From Akkermansia sp. (lineage in GTDB: Bacteria > Verrucomicrobiota > Verrucomicrobiia > Verrucomicrobiales > Akkermansiaceae), in the NCBI GenBank assembly GCA_030535875.1, contig JAUNRC010000001.1, positions 23,786 to 87,785 of the forward strand: DNA of 64,000 bases, written 5' to 3'. Below the pieces are notes generated by a model. The model did not search any database. It was not told the DNA's origin and saw only the letters and a program-made list of their open reading frames with translations. A program made the position numbers and the translations under genes. Shown here piece by piece: positions 9,369 through 19,361 of this stretch (position 1 is the stretch's first letter; the number at the start of each line of letters is the position of its first letter).

Positions 9369-9605
9369 TCAGTTCTTTGTACCGGTATGATTCCGCTCAC
9401 ACTCTGCGTGCGAATGCGTGCAATCATGCTCAGTGCAATGGTGCGCATGTTCGCAGTTATGATGGCCGCATTCATGCACCGGCACTCGGCCGTTCGCATG
9501 GTACAAGCGGCCCGCTATAAACCCGCATACACACAGCACAACCAGCAGCCATACAAATGCGCTCCGAATTATCAACTGTTTCAACTTATTGAGGTAATTT
9601 TTCAT
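9369..9605 (-). CDS. Small membrane-anchored His/Cys-rich protein
   Basis: 78 aa; basic N-terminus, one hydrophobic helix, then HECGHHNCEHAHHCTEHDCTHSH; start overlaps the 3' end of the S9 peptidase gene. Confidence 0.6.
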   Translation of the reverse strand: MKNYLNKLKQLIIRSAFVWLLVVLCVCGFIAGRLYHANGRVPVHECGHHNCEHAHHCTEHDCTHSHAECERNHTGTKN

Positions 9606-11505
9606 GATGATGGAGGTGTTCGTTCAAAAAAGGGACAATATGCCGTGCATACAACCACGGCTCATGAGCAGGATTCATAAAGCCATGCCCTTCATCCGGC
9701 AGCGATACGGCTTTAATCTTTTTACCGGCAGCATGCAGCGCGTTTATCAAACGTATGGAATGCTCAGGAGGTACCAGAGTATCCTTCTCTCCATAGTATA
9801 TAAGCAAAGGCTCCGCAAACGCCCCGACGTGATTCACCGGAGAAACATCATACAGGCGCTGCCTGTCGCGGACATCCTGCCAATCCCCCACGACCTGCTT
9901 ATCCTCTCCCGTGTACGGTAATTCCACCGCATTCGCATACTGCAAATGCTGCAACAAATCCTGAGGTCCGAACAAACTGATGCCGCATGCGTACATCCCC
10001 GGGAAAAAACACAGAGCCGCCGTCACGGCATATCCGCCATAAGAGCCTCCGAAAATAGCCACGCGCCCGTACTCTGCGATACCCTGCTCCGCCAACCAAG
10101 GAATGCAATCGTTCACATCCGTTTGCATCACCCCTTTGCCCCATTGGCGATTACCGGCATGCATAAAGCTCTTGCCCCAACCTCGGGAACCTCGGAACTG
10201 CGGCTGCACCACAGCAAAACCACAACTCACGAGATACTGAACACGCCAATCATACGTACTGTTCGTGCGCATGCGCGGACCGCCATGCACAAAAATAACC
10301 GTCGGGAACGGCCCTTTCCCTTCCGGCAAGGTATAATAACAAGGTATGCGCGTGCCATCCGCTGCGGGATACTCAGAAAAATGCGTAGGACGGGTAGGCG
10401 GCACCTGCCGAGGCTCGCTCAACTCGCGCAGGCCGATACCTCGTTCATACAATACAGGGCGCGGCGGTTGTCCGGCCGGCATGAGTTGCAAGAGCACGCG
10501 CTGCTCATCAACAGAGAGTTGCAGCGGGAGCCACTCAGCATCCGTCGGCAAAGCCTCTTGCAACTCATCCATCACAGCACAGACACGCAAAGGAACGTAT
10601 GTCATTTTATCCCACTGCTGCACATAACCCACCGGCTCACCGCTGCCGTCAAAAAAAGGGCTTACCACATCCGCTCGTCCATTCTCTGAGAGTTGCTGCA
10701 ATCGCCCGTCAGACAAACGAAGGCGCGCCAAGCAAGTCCCCTCTCGCTCCCAATCATGCAGAACATACACGCCATCCTCCCCATCGCACCCCGACAACTG
10801 CAGGCGAACATCTGCCGGTACGGTCAGTATACTGCGAACATCACCACCCGCCGAAGGGACATAAATACTCTTGCTGCCATCATCCGCCCATCGCAACCAT
10901 GCCGACGAACGTCCGTCCGGCAGCAAGGCATGGGCAACGGCCGGAGCAGCTCCGACCTCCCGCAAAGCCTTAGCGGCAACATCCAGCACATAAAAAGGAG
11001 CCTCTGTCTGCGGCTCGGGAGCCGCTTGCAACAACAACAAGCGCTTACCCTCGCGCTCCACCTCCGTAATAGGCACACACCACGCGGGTAACTCCGCCGG
11101 GGTCACATCTGCAGGAGATTCCCCTGCGACATAGCGCAACAAACGAGTGTTGCCCTCGCTGTCCGTCCCTGCCACCAACAAGTACCCGTCACGACAGAAC
11201 AGCACCTGTGTCATATACTCCAAAGCTTCCACCCGCAACTCCCGCGCCTCTCCGTCCTCCCATATTCGTAATTCCTGCGGATGCTGCGTACTCAATACAA
11301 TGCGCTGCAGTTGCTCATCCGCACACATCACCACGGAGCATGCTACATCTTGGTACATGCGCGCAAGGCACTCATCCGCCACCACCCGCGGCAGCACTGC
11401 CCATATCCACAAAATACCCCACAAACACCACCTCATCACCGCCGAACATGCAAAAGACGGCAGCCCATCGGCTCTCACCGCACAAGCTGCCGCCTGATTA
11501 TTCAT
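9586..11505 (-). CDS. S9 prolyl oligopeptidase / acylaminoacyl peptidase family
   Basis: VHGGP, QFRGSRGWG, GGSYGG nucleophile, KDTLV, DEGHGF. Confidence 0.92.
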   Translation of the reverse strand: MNNQAAACAVRADGLPSFACSAVMRWCLWGILWIWAVLPRVVADECLARMYQDVACSVVMCADEQLQRIVLSTQHPQELRIWEDGEARELRVEALEYMTQVLFCRDGYLLVAGTDSEGNTRLLRYVAGESPADVTPAELPAWCVPITEVEREGKRLLLLQAAPEPQTEAPFYVLDVAAKALREVGAAPAVAHALLPDGRSSAWLRWADDGSKSIYVPSAGGDVRSILTVPADVRLQLSGCDGEDGVYVLHDWEREGTCLARLRLSDGRLQQLSENGRADVVSPFFDGSGEPVGYVQQWDKMTYVPLRVCAVMDELQEALPTDAEWLPLQLSVDEQRVLLQLMPAGQPPRPVLYERGIGLRELSEPRQVPPTRPTHFSEYPAADGTRIPCYYTLPEGKGPFPTVIFVHGGPRMRTNSTYDWRVQYLVSCGFAVVQPQFRGSRGWGKSFMHAGNRQWGKGVMQTDVNDCIPWLAEQGIAEYGRVAIFGGSYGGYAVTAALCFFPGMYACGISLFGPQDLLQHLQYANAVELPYTGEDKQVVGDWQDVRDRQRLYDVSPVNHVGAFAEPLLIYYGEKDTLVPPEHSIRLINALHAAGKKIKAVSLPDEGHGFMNPAHEPWLYARHIVPFLNEHLHHHEKLPQ

Positions 11506-11521
11506 TCAGTAAAGTCGTGCT

Positions 11522-11734
11522 TCAGTAGGAATTGCTTCGACCGTTACCCTTACAAAAGAAACACACAACATTACCTTGAAAACCGCTTCCATTGCAAGCG
11601 AAACACCTGAATGGGCCTGTACCATTATAACAGTCCAGTTCAGATGTACCGGCTGTAGCCTGAGCAGAAGTGCCGATGGCAAACCCCATTACAGTCACAC
11701 ATACAGCAGCAAGTGCCATGATAGTTTTTTTCAT
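11522..11734 (-). CDS. Small secreted protein with DnaJ-type CxxCxGxG zinc-finger repeats
   Basis: MKK signal peptide; CFACNGSG and CFFCKGNG. Confidence 0.7.
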   Translation of the reverse strand: MKKTIMALAAVCVTVMGFAIGTSAQATAGTSELDCYNGTGPFRCFACNGSGFQGNVVCFFCKGNGRSNSY

Positions 11735-11839
11735 AACTTAGAGTAATTTTTTGATGAAAAGGTGGGATGTCCCCACCGGACGAAAGGCTATATAGGCAGG
11801 CACATCTTTCAGCCATACCCATATCCTCCTTCCGCGATT

Positions 11840-11868
11840 TTTATAGCATTTGCACAATATTAAGTCAA
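11840..11868 (-). promoter_or_regulatory. Sigma70 promoter with adjacent palindrome AGCAATATTGCT (11868-11879)
   Basis: Minus strand TTGACT-17-TATAAA with TG extension. Confidence 0.6.
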
Positions 11869-11950
11869 GCAATATTGCTATATATTTATCTTTTTATCAA
11901 AAAAATCTATTTACATCCCCCTAGAATGACGAATCTTTCTTTTCATCCCG

Positions 11951-11991
11951 AAAAAAAGCCCGGCAGGAGCTTAGCGAAGCAACTGCCGGGC
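11951..11991 (-). terminator. Terminator of M42 peptidase gene
   Basis: GCCCGGCAG...CTGCCGGGC stem with T-run on minus strand. Confidence 0.7.
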
Positions 11992-12011
11992 GAGAAAACG
12001 AAGTCTTTATA

Positions 12012-13088
12012 TTAAGCGAGCGTACGCACCTTGCGCTCCCAGCTCCAATCCCAACGGGTGAGAGAAGAGAAACAGGCTGCAAGCAGGTCCACACTGGCCT
12101 GAATATCCACCTTATGAGCCATCTCGATGCTCTGGTGAACATTGCGCACGGGGATGGAAACGGCACCGGCGACCGAACCGCCTGCGCAGAACTTCTGCAT
12201 AGCTCCGGCATCGGTACCGCCGGCAGCGAGTAATTCGAGCTGGTAGGGGATTTCCTTCTCCTCGCAAAGAGCCTGCATGAACTTGACCATGCGGTTGTCG
12301 GTGATGAGGGTACCGTCGTACACCTTAATGGCGGTACCCTTACCGAGCACGGTACACTTATCATGGCTACCGGAGCCGGGGGTGTCGAAAGCGATAGTCA
12401 CGTCGAGAGCGAAGGAGAAATCAGGCTGAATGGCCTGAGTGGCCACCTGAGCACCGCGCAAACCAACCTCCTCCTGAACGGAGAACACGGCATAGAGGTC
12501 GTAACAGGGTTTCTCACCGGCCTCAAGGATGGAGCGGATGGCCTCAATCAGCAGGTAGCAGCCGCCGCGGTTGTCGATGCTCTTCACATTCAGGCAATCG
12601 CCCATCTCCACGAGGTCACCCACGCGGGTAATGGAGTCACCGAGCGATACATATTTCTCAACCTCCTCCTTGGGCAGACCTACATCCACCACATAATCCG
12701 TCACAGCAGGCATCTTGGTGCGCTCCTCGGGGCTCATCACATGGATGGGCTTCACGCCCATGCAACCGGGCAGATCCTTGGTACCGTGTACAATCACACG
12801 CTGGGCCGTCAGGGTCTTGGGGTCAAAACCGCCCAAAGGTAAAATGCGGATGAAACCATTGTCATCGATATGGCGCACAATAAAGCCGATTTCGTCCATG
12901 TGAGCGGCACACATCACCTTCTTGTCGCTGCTCTTACCCTTAATGAAAGCCGTCACATTACCGATGTTGTCGACGGTGACGGAATCCGCCATAGGAGTCA
13001 TTTCCTTAATAATCAGGTCACGAATGCCATACTCGAAACCGGATGCACCGGTCGCCTCGCAAAGTTCCTTAAACAATTTGATATTCAT
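12012..13088 (-). CDS. M42 family aminopeptidase (TET/FrvX-like)
   Basis: AAHMDEIG, KSIDNR, QEEVGLRGA, ALDVT, GGTDAG, VHQSIE; start MNIKLF chosen. Confidence 0.93.
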   Translation of the reverse strand: MNIKLFKELCEATGASGFEYGIRDLIIKEMTPMADSVTVDNIGNVTAFIKGKSSDKKVMCAAHMDEIGFIVRHIDDNGFIRILPLGGFDPKTLTAQRVIVHGTKDLPGCMGVKPIHVMSPEERTKMPAVTDYVVDVGLPKEEVEKYVSLGDSITRVGDLVEMGDCLNVKSIDNRGGCYLLIEAIRSILEAGEKPCYDLYAVFSVQEEVGLRGAQVATQAIQPDFSFALDVTIAFDTPGSGSHDKCTVLGKGTAIKVYDGTLITDNRMVKFMQALCEEKEIPYQLELLAAGGTDAGAMQKFCAGGSVAGAVSIPVRNVHQSIEMAHKVDIQASVDLLAACFSSLTRWDWSWERKVRTLA

Positions 13089-13236
13089 CGCGCCCCAAGA
13101 GTAGCTCAAAGGCTCCTGTTTTTCAAGCAAAATCATTCAGATGCAGCACTTTCTCAAATGCACTGTCTCAAAAAAACAAGCCCGGAGCAGAACTGCCCCG
13201 GGCCGATTATTACAAATCAATACACCACCACGCAGC

Positions 13237-14268
13237 TTAAATGTAAGTGCGGACAATAGCTCGCTCACGCAAGCGCTCAACCCAATCGCGGTAGCGCTTC
13301 TCGTTGTTCTTGCGGCGTACGGAATCATCCACGCGTTCCTTTACCCCGGGAGAACTGAGCGAGGGAGCAGCAGCCTGCCGCTTACCCGTCACGCGCACGA
13401 TGGTAAATCCGGCACGGTCCACGAGCGGTCCGGTCAGGCGGTTCATCGGCAGAGCAAAGACCACATTGGCAAACTCGACGGAAAGCTCGCTACGTTTGAT
13501 ATACGGCCACTTACCGCCATCCTGAGCGTGCATATCCTGCGAATACTGACGAGCGGCATCCTCAAAAGAAATGGTACCGTTGCTGATATTATTCGCAATT
13601 TCCTCAGCCAACAGGAACTGGTGCTCAGGAGTGGCATTCGGGTCCTCCGGATTGACAGCGGGGATAAAAATCTTGTCGAAACGGATGGAATCCTTCGTCA
13701 TGTCACGATAATCGGCCTTTGTGGCATTGTACTCAGCCTGAATTTCATCAGGAGTTGGCGGGATGCCGCGATCATATCGCGAGCTGCGCATGGCCGATAC
13801 CGTAATCTCCTTGCGCACGGACTCGCGGTACTCACCGTAGCCCATACCGCTCTTGCGAAGATTTTCCAACAGAGCGTCGCGGTCGCCATTGAACTGATTG
13901 AGCACGCGACGACTGATTTCCTCATTCACAACATTTTCGGGAATGGCAAAACCATTGTTCTCGAACTCGCAGAGCACCAGCTCACGCTCAATCAGCTCGT
14001 TCAGCACTGCCTTTTTCGCCTTGAGCAGTTCAGCATTGAAACGAGGGCCCTGACGCGGGTAAAGCATAGTCAGTTCGCGAACATAAGGAGCTATACGGGC
14101 TCGAACTTCACTGGAAGTGATAGGGCGACCGTTCACGGTAGCCGCGACTCGGTTAACGATACGCGATGCGCGAGACTTGGATGACTTGCCGGGCTTTGCG
14201 TCGGCCTCTACGGGGCACAGGCAAACGAACGCAAGCAAAAGAAGGGCATAACGGCTGATAAGCTTCAT
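13237..14268 (-). CDS. surA: SurA-like periplasmic chaperone / parvulin PPIase
   Basis: Signal peptide, NRVAATVNGRPITSSEV, FEDAARQYSQD, C-terminal WVERLRERAIV. Confidence 0.85.
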   Translation of the reverse strand: MKLISRYALLLLAFVCLCPVEADAKPGKSSKSRASRIVNRVAATVNGRPITSSEVRARIAPYVRELTMLYPRQGPRFNAELLKAKKAVLNELIERELVLCEFENNGFAIPENVVNEEISRRVLNQFNGDRDALLENLRKSGMGYGEYRESVRKEITVSAMRSSRYDRGIPPTPDEIQAEYNATKADYRDMTKDSIRFDKIFIPAVNPEDPNATPEHQFLLAEEIANNISNGTISFEDAARQYSQDMHAQDGGKWPYIKRSELSVEFANVVFALPMNRLTGPLVDRAGFTIVRVTGKRQAAAPSLSSPGVKERVDDSVRRKNNEKRYRDWVERLRERAIVRTYI

Positions 14269-14394
14269 ACTTCACCCATATTACAACCATTATGACCATT
14301 TGGCAACATCCATTTTTGTCAACAAACAACTTTGTTCTCGCTTTCGCAACGAAAGTATGTTAAAAAGTAGGTTACATCCAAACACATTCCAGCT

Positions 14395-15486
14395 ATGGCA
14401 ATCAAACTGTTTATTCCGGGTCCGACGATTGTGTCGGAGGATATTCTTCAGGAAATGAGCCTGCCGATGATTGGTCATCGCTCTGCAAAGGCCTCAGAAA
14501 TCCAAAAGCGCATTTCCGACAACATGCAGAAGGTTCTCTTCACGGACAATCGCATCTTGCTCTCCACCTCCTCCGGTTCCGGCCTTATGGAAGGTGCCAT
14601 CCGCTCCTGCACGGCCAAGCGTGCCGCCGTGTTCTCAGTGGGTGCATTCGGCGACAAGTGGTACAAGATGGCTATTGCCAACGGCATTCCGGCCGAGAAG
14701 TTCTCCAGCGAAATGGGCGAACCCACCACCCCCGAGATGGTGGATGCCGCGCTCTCCACCGGCAAGTACGACCTCATCACCGTCACACACAACGAGACCT
14801 CCTCCGGCATTCAGAACCCGGTAGAGGAGATTGCTGAGGTTATGAAGAAATACCCGGACGTGGTATGGTGCGTCGATGCCGTTTCCTCCGCTGCGGGCTC
14901 CAAGATTGAAACGGACAAGCTGGGAATCGACGTACTCATCACCTCCACCCAAAAGGCTCTTGCCCTGCCCCCCGGTCTGGCCATCTGTGCCATGAGCCGC
15001 AAGGCCTACGAGCGCACCGCCGAGGTACCCAACCGCGGTTTGTACTTCGACCTGCGTACCCTCTGGGACTTCATCGACAAGAAAAACTACCAGTACACCT
15101 CCACCCCCTGCCTCTCGCTCATGTACGCGCTGGACAAACAGTTGCAGAAGATTGTGAACGAAGAAGGCATCGAGGCCCGCTTCGCCCGCCACGAGCAGTG
15201 CGCCGAGTTCACCCGTGCCTGGGCCGATGAATACTTCCGCGTGTACCCCAATCGCAAGTACCTCTCCAAGACGCTCACCGTTATCGACGCACACCCCAAG
15301 GGCTGCGACGAGCTCATCTCCATCCCCGCTCTCAACAAGGCTCTTGCCGAGCGCAACATGCAGTTGGGCAACGGCTACGGCGGCCTGAAGGACAAGACCT
15401 TCCGCATTGCCCACATGGGCGAACTCACTCTTGATGACATGAAGGAAATCACCTCTGCCGTGGTTGATGTCCTCAAGCTGGGTTAA
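14395..15486 (+). CDS. Class V PLP aminotransferase (alanine-glyoxylate / serine-pyruvate type)
   Basis: LFIPGP, HNETSSG, VDAVSS, STQKALALPPG (PLP Lys), FRIAHMG. Confidence 0.92.
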   Translation: MAIKLFIPGPTIVSEDILQEMSLPMIGHRSAKASEIQKRISDNMQKVLFTDNRILLSTSSGSGLMEGAIRSCTAKRAAVFSVGAFGDKWYKMAIANGIPAEKFSSEMGEPTTPEMVDAALSTGKYDLITVTHNETSSGIQNPVEEIAEVMKKYPDVVWCVDAVSSAAGSKIETDKLGIDVLITSTQKALALPPGLAICAMSRKAYERTAEVPNRGLYFDLRTLWDFIDKKNYQYTSTPCLSLMYALDKQLQKIVNEEGIEARFARHEQCAEFTRAWADEYFRVYPNRKYLSKTLTVIDAHPKGCDELISIPALNKALAERNMQLGNGYGGLKDKTFRIAHMGELTLDDMKEITSAVVDVLKLG

Positions 15487-15524
15487 CCCCAAGGGCTCAC
15501 TTATACCTACATTCCTCTCTCATG

Positions 15525-15562
15525 AAAAAAGGCTGCCGTCGGGATGACGGCGGCCTTTTTTC
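15525..15562. terminator. Bidirectional terminator
   Basis: AAAAAAGGCTGCCGTC-GGGAT-GACGGCGGCCTTTTTT. Confidence 0.8.
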
Positions 15563-15652
15563 TCGCCCGGATTTCGAGGTCGACAAAAACGCCTCACAAC
15601 CACCGAGGCTGTGAGGCGTGAAAATAGACGGATATCGAATGCGGCAGAGCGA

Positions 15653-16081
15653 TTATTCAGCGCTTGTATTCTTCTCGAGCACTCCGAACTTTCCTCCACG
15701 AATCTGGTTCATGTAGCGGTTCACCCCACTGGCCCATGAACTATGGCTGGCGCAGTATACCCGCCCAATCTGGGCTACGGTTACACGCCCTTTTGCACGG
15801 TACTTTGCCAACAGTTGAGCAAGGTCCGTCACACAGGCCTCCTTACTCGCATAACGGCGCTGACCTCCACGGCCCATTATCCCCGCAAGATTATTCCTGC
15901 GGCGGGCAGAGTAGGATGTTCCGTTGGCTGATTCATGGCGAATAATCGCCTCCATTAACACGGGGTCCACTCCATGTTTCGCGGCCGCATCATTGATGGC
16001 GGGGCGAAGAGCCGTAACTGTCTCGGCCATCGCACTGCACACCAGCATAATGCCAGTCAGAATTGTGATGGTAGATCTCAT
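15653..16081 (-). CDS. Secreted lysozyme-like (glucosaminidase/SLT) peptidoglycan hydrolase
   Basis: Signal peptide; AAAKHGVDPVLMEAIIRHES, NNLAGI, IGRVYC; TTGACA-16-TAAACT promoter 10 nt before ATG 16081. Confidence 0.8.
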   Translation of the reverse strand: MRSTITILTGIMLVCSAMAETVTALRPAINDAAAKHGVDPVLMEAIIRHESANGTSYSARRRNNLAGIMGRGGQRRYASKEACVTDLAQLLAKYRAKGRVTVAQIGRVYCASHSSWASGVNRYMNQIRGGKFGVLEKNTSAE

Positions 16082-16234
16082 GTGGCGAAGAAGTTTACAC
16101 ATTTTCTTCCGTTTGTCAACCCCTTTACGCGACATTTTTTAACTTTTCTTGATATTTATGATTTTGGAACTGAGAAATAAAAATGGCGAGGAATGTACTT
16201 TTCAGGGCAACGGAGCTGTGATATAATAGGGGTC

Positions 16235-17362
16235 ATGCTGGAGGAGCTCAACAGCCTTACCCTGAGTATAAGCACGGAAACACCGTGGCTGCTGCCGCTA
16301 TGCTTTGCGATGTTCGGAGCGTGCATCGGTTCATTTCTGAACGTCGTCATTTACCGCATGCCGCGCGGCATGAGTGTGAATGAGCCCAACCGCTCATTCT
16401 GTCCTGACTGCCGCAAAGAAATACCGTGGTACCTGAACATACCGATATTCAGTTGGCTGATATTGCGCGGTCGCAGCGCGTGTTGCCACAAGAAAATATC
16501 CCCGCGCTACTGCGTGATAGAGCTGATTACCACCCTGCTTTTTGCAGCCGTAGCGTGGCAATTTTCCCTCGACCCGCTGCCGGTACAGGTACTGTTGTGT
16601 ATATGGACATCCGTCATGCTGGCTGTGCTGTGCATCGATTGGGAACAGATGGTTGTGCTGCCGGTGCTGACCCGCATTGCAGCCGCGACCGGAGTTCTGA
16701 CAGCTCTCTTTGCCCCGTGGCTGGTCGAACCTCAGGCTCTGAGTGCAGGCGACGGGCTGCTGTGGAGCCTGATTGGCGGCCTGACGGGCTACCTGCTCCT
16801 GCGCAGCGTAGCACTCATGGGGTGTCTGCTCTTCGGGCGCAAGAGCACCACCTTCGACAGTCCGCAGGAATGGAGCATGCAACAGGCCGGTGACGACATC
16901 GAACTGAAGCTGGGCGACAAGAGTTACCTGTGGAGCGAGCTTTTCATGGAAGAGGCCAATCGCCTGCAACTGAACAATGCCACCATCAACGCCGCCGAAA
17001 AATCTCCCCGCGGCACCATAACTTTTACCGCAACAACGGCCACCCTCGATGATGGCACCGTCATTCAACTGGAAGAGCACGAACAGCTCCGTGGCAGTTG
17101 CGAGAGCATGAGCACCCGTAAGGAAGCCATGGGCAGCGGCGATGCCCTCATCGCGATGGCCATCGGTTGCCTGTGTGGGTGGCAAGGCGTGCTCTTCGCA
17201 CTCGTTGGCGGAAGTTTCATCGGTCTGATATACGCCGCTATCGCCCGCATCGGTCGCGGGCAGCCCATGCCATTCGGCCCGGCGCTCATTGCAGGAGCGC
17301 TTCTCTACATCTTCTGCGGCAACATCCTCATCAACTATTACCTCATCAGCCTTGGCTATTAA
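16235..17362 (+). CDS. pilD: Prepilin peptidase (A24) with internal insertion
   Basis: GSFLNVVIYRMP, CPDC, NIPIFSWL, CIDWE and MGSGD aspartates, MPFGP; ATG 7 nt after TATAAT. Confidence 0.9.
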   Translation: MLEELNSLTLSISTETPWLLPLCFAMFGACIGSFLNVVIYRMPRGMSVNEPNRSFCPDCRKEIPWYLNIPIFSWLILRGRSACCHKKISPRYCVIELITTLLFAAVAWQFSLDPLPVQVLLCIWTSVMLAVLCIDWEQMVVLPVLTRIAAATGVLTALFAPWLVEPQALSAGDGLLWSLIGGLTGYLLLRSVALMGCLLFGRKSTTFDSPQEWSMQQAGDDIELKLGDKSYLWSELFMEEANRLQLNNATINAAEKSPRGTITFTATTATLDDGTVIQLEEHEQLRGSCESMSTRKEAMGSGDALIAMAIGCLCGWQGVLFALVGGSFIGLIYAAIARIGRGQPMPFGPALIAGALLYIFCGNILINYYLISLGY

Positions 17363-18338
17363 ACGTCAGATTACGGGAGCTCTCATCGCCCTGCTTGCCA
17401 TTCTTCCTCTCACAGCCGGAGAGGAAGAGCTTGTCACCCGCCCTCAGGATATTGAAGGCATGTACACCCACGCAGCCTTCATACTCGATGACCGCAGCAC
17501 CGACAAAGTGTACGGCGTAACCGCCATGCTCGAAAAATGCGCCCAATGGGGACACCCCCTCGCCATCGAGTTGTTGCTGAATGTCTACGAAGGCCGCCGC
17601 AAGGGGCTCGAAGCTCAACCACGCAAAGCCGCAGCCCTTGCCGAACTGGTGGCAGACGGCAAACTGGTACCCGATGCTCATCACCCGGAACAGGTGAGAG
17701 TCATCAATGAATGTAAATACCGTTACGCTCTGTACTGCGAAAAAGCCTTCGGTCGGGAACGCTCCGAAAAAGAAGCTCTTCGCTGGATGTTGCGCGCAGC
17801 CAATGCAGGAGTAGGCAAAGCCCGAGTGGAGCTGGCCCGCTACCTCATGAACCCGAAAAAGCCTTACAGCGACCCGCGCCGCTCCCTTCAACTCCTGCGC
17901 CATCAAGCCAAACTCGACCCGCACACACCCAACGTCTTTTTCTATCTGGGGCACCTATACATGACCGGCAAGGGCCTGCCCCGCCCCATGCCCCAACTTG
18001 CCTTCGAATGTTACCAACTGGGTGAGAAAATGAAAGATGCCCGCGCCATCAACAATCTCGCGGCCATGTATGAACGAGGCATTGCCACTTCCCGTGACCT
18101 TTCAACCGCCCTGTTGCTCTACAAAAAAGCAGCGGCTCTCGGCAACAAAGAAGCCTCGGCCAATGTCCAGAGGCTCGCCTACATCCGCGCGGAACTGGAA
18201 GTGGGTACCCCGCACTCACTGCGCATCATTCACGCCACACAACAACTTATCGAGGCACTGCCCATCTCTCAAGCCAACAAAAAGCGACTCTCCGCTCCCC
18301 TCCGTAAACAAGCCGCAAAAGTCAGCAGCGATTTATGA
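17352..18338 (+). CDS. Secreted Sel1-repeat protein
   Basis: Signal peptide from TTG 17352; YLGHLYMTGKG, NNLAAMYERG, YKKAAALGNKEA. Confidence 0.82.
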   Translation: MAIKRQITGALIALLAILPLTAGEEELVTRPQDIEGMYTHAAFILDDRSTDKVYGVTAMLEKCAQWGHPLAIELLLNVYEGRRKGLEAQPRKAAALAELVADGKLVPDAHHPEQVRVINECKYRYALYCEKAFGRERSEKEALRWMLRAANAGVGKARVELARYLMNPKKPYSDPRRSLQLLRHQAKLDPHTPNVFFYLGHLYMTGKGLPRPMPQLAFECYQLGEKMKDARAINNLAAMYERGIATSRDLSTALLLYKKAAALGNKEASANVQRLAYIRAELEVGTPHSLRIIHATQQLIEALPISQANKKRLSAPLRKQAAKVSSDL

Positions 18339-19276
18339 TGCATGCCGCCAGACAGGCCCTTGAATACGCCGCTGCTCAACTGGGATTCTCCGCTCTGGGA
18401 ATAGCCCCGGCTCATGCAGACCAAGGCTCATACCTGAGCGACTGGCTGGCTCAGGGACAACATGCCGACATGGAATGGATGCTGCGGCACCTGCCCGCAC
18501 GACTCAACCCGGAACTGGTACTGCCCGGAGTTCGCAGCGTGGTGATACTCACCTATGACTATCCGCGAACGGACTCGCGCAAGAGTCCCGGCACCATTGC
18601 CCGCTATGCTCAGGGGGAAGACTACCACAAGCTGTTAGCCCACAAACTGGCTGATTTGGACGAGACGCTCAGCTTCTACGGCGGCACCCAGCGCTGCTTT
18701 ACAGACTCCGGCCCTGTGAGCGAGCGTTTTTTCGCAGCTCGGGCAGGACTCGGCTGGATAGGCCGCAACGGATTGCTCATCAGGCCGCAGGGCGGTTCGT
18801 ACTGCTTTCTTGCCGGCATTCTGACCACGCTGGAGCTCCCCTACGACAGCCCGATTCCCAACCGCTGCGGCAACTGTCGGCGCTGCGAACAAGCCTGCCC
18901 CACAAAGGCTCTGAAAAACGGTGCCTGCGATGCCCGCCGCTGCCTGTCCTACTGGACAATCGAGGCCCACAATGACATGCCGCCCGACATCCGTGCTGCT
19001 CAAGGCGAACACCTGTACGGCTGCGACACCTGTCAGGAAGTCTGCCCCTGGAACCGCATACGCCCCCATGAAAAGTCGCGTCGCATCGATCCCCACCTGC
19101 TCATGCCTGCGCCCCTCAGCTCCATGCAACTACAGGAGTTCCGCTCTCTGACAGGCTCGGATTTCGAGCATCTGTTTACGGGCTCACCCATCCGCCGCAT
19201 AGGATTGGCACACCTGAGCAGCAATGCCGAGGGCATATCTCCTCACAAACAATCTCTGTCACCCGGCTCAACATGA
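18335..19276 (+). CDS. queG: tRNA epoxyqueuosine reductase
   Basis: IARYAQGEDYH, AGLGWIGRN, CGNCRRCEQACPT, CLSYWTIE, YGCDTCQEVCPWN. Confidence 0.95.
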   Translation: MMHAARQALEYAAAQLGFSALGIAPAHADQGSYLSDWLAQGQHADMEWMLRHLPARLNPELVLPGVRSVVILTYDYPRTDSRKSPGTIARYAQGEDYHKLLAHKLADLDETLSFYGGTQRCFTDSGPVSERFFAARAGLGWIGRNGLLIRPQGGSYCFLAGILTTLELPYDSPIPNRCGNCRRCEQACPTKALKNGACDARRCLSYWTIEAHNDMPPDIRAAQGEHLYGCDTCQEVCPWNRIRPHEKSRRIDPHLLMPAPLSSMQLQEFRSLTGSDFEHLFTGSPIRRIGLAHLSSNAEGISPHKQSLSPGST

Positions 19277-19361
19277 ACAACATTTCTACCGAAAATCGTG
19301 AACAAAGCAGCCGCCGCCTGTGTCGGACTTATCAGAATTACATACTCAACTTCCATCAGTG

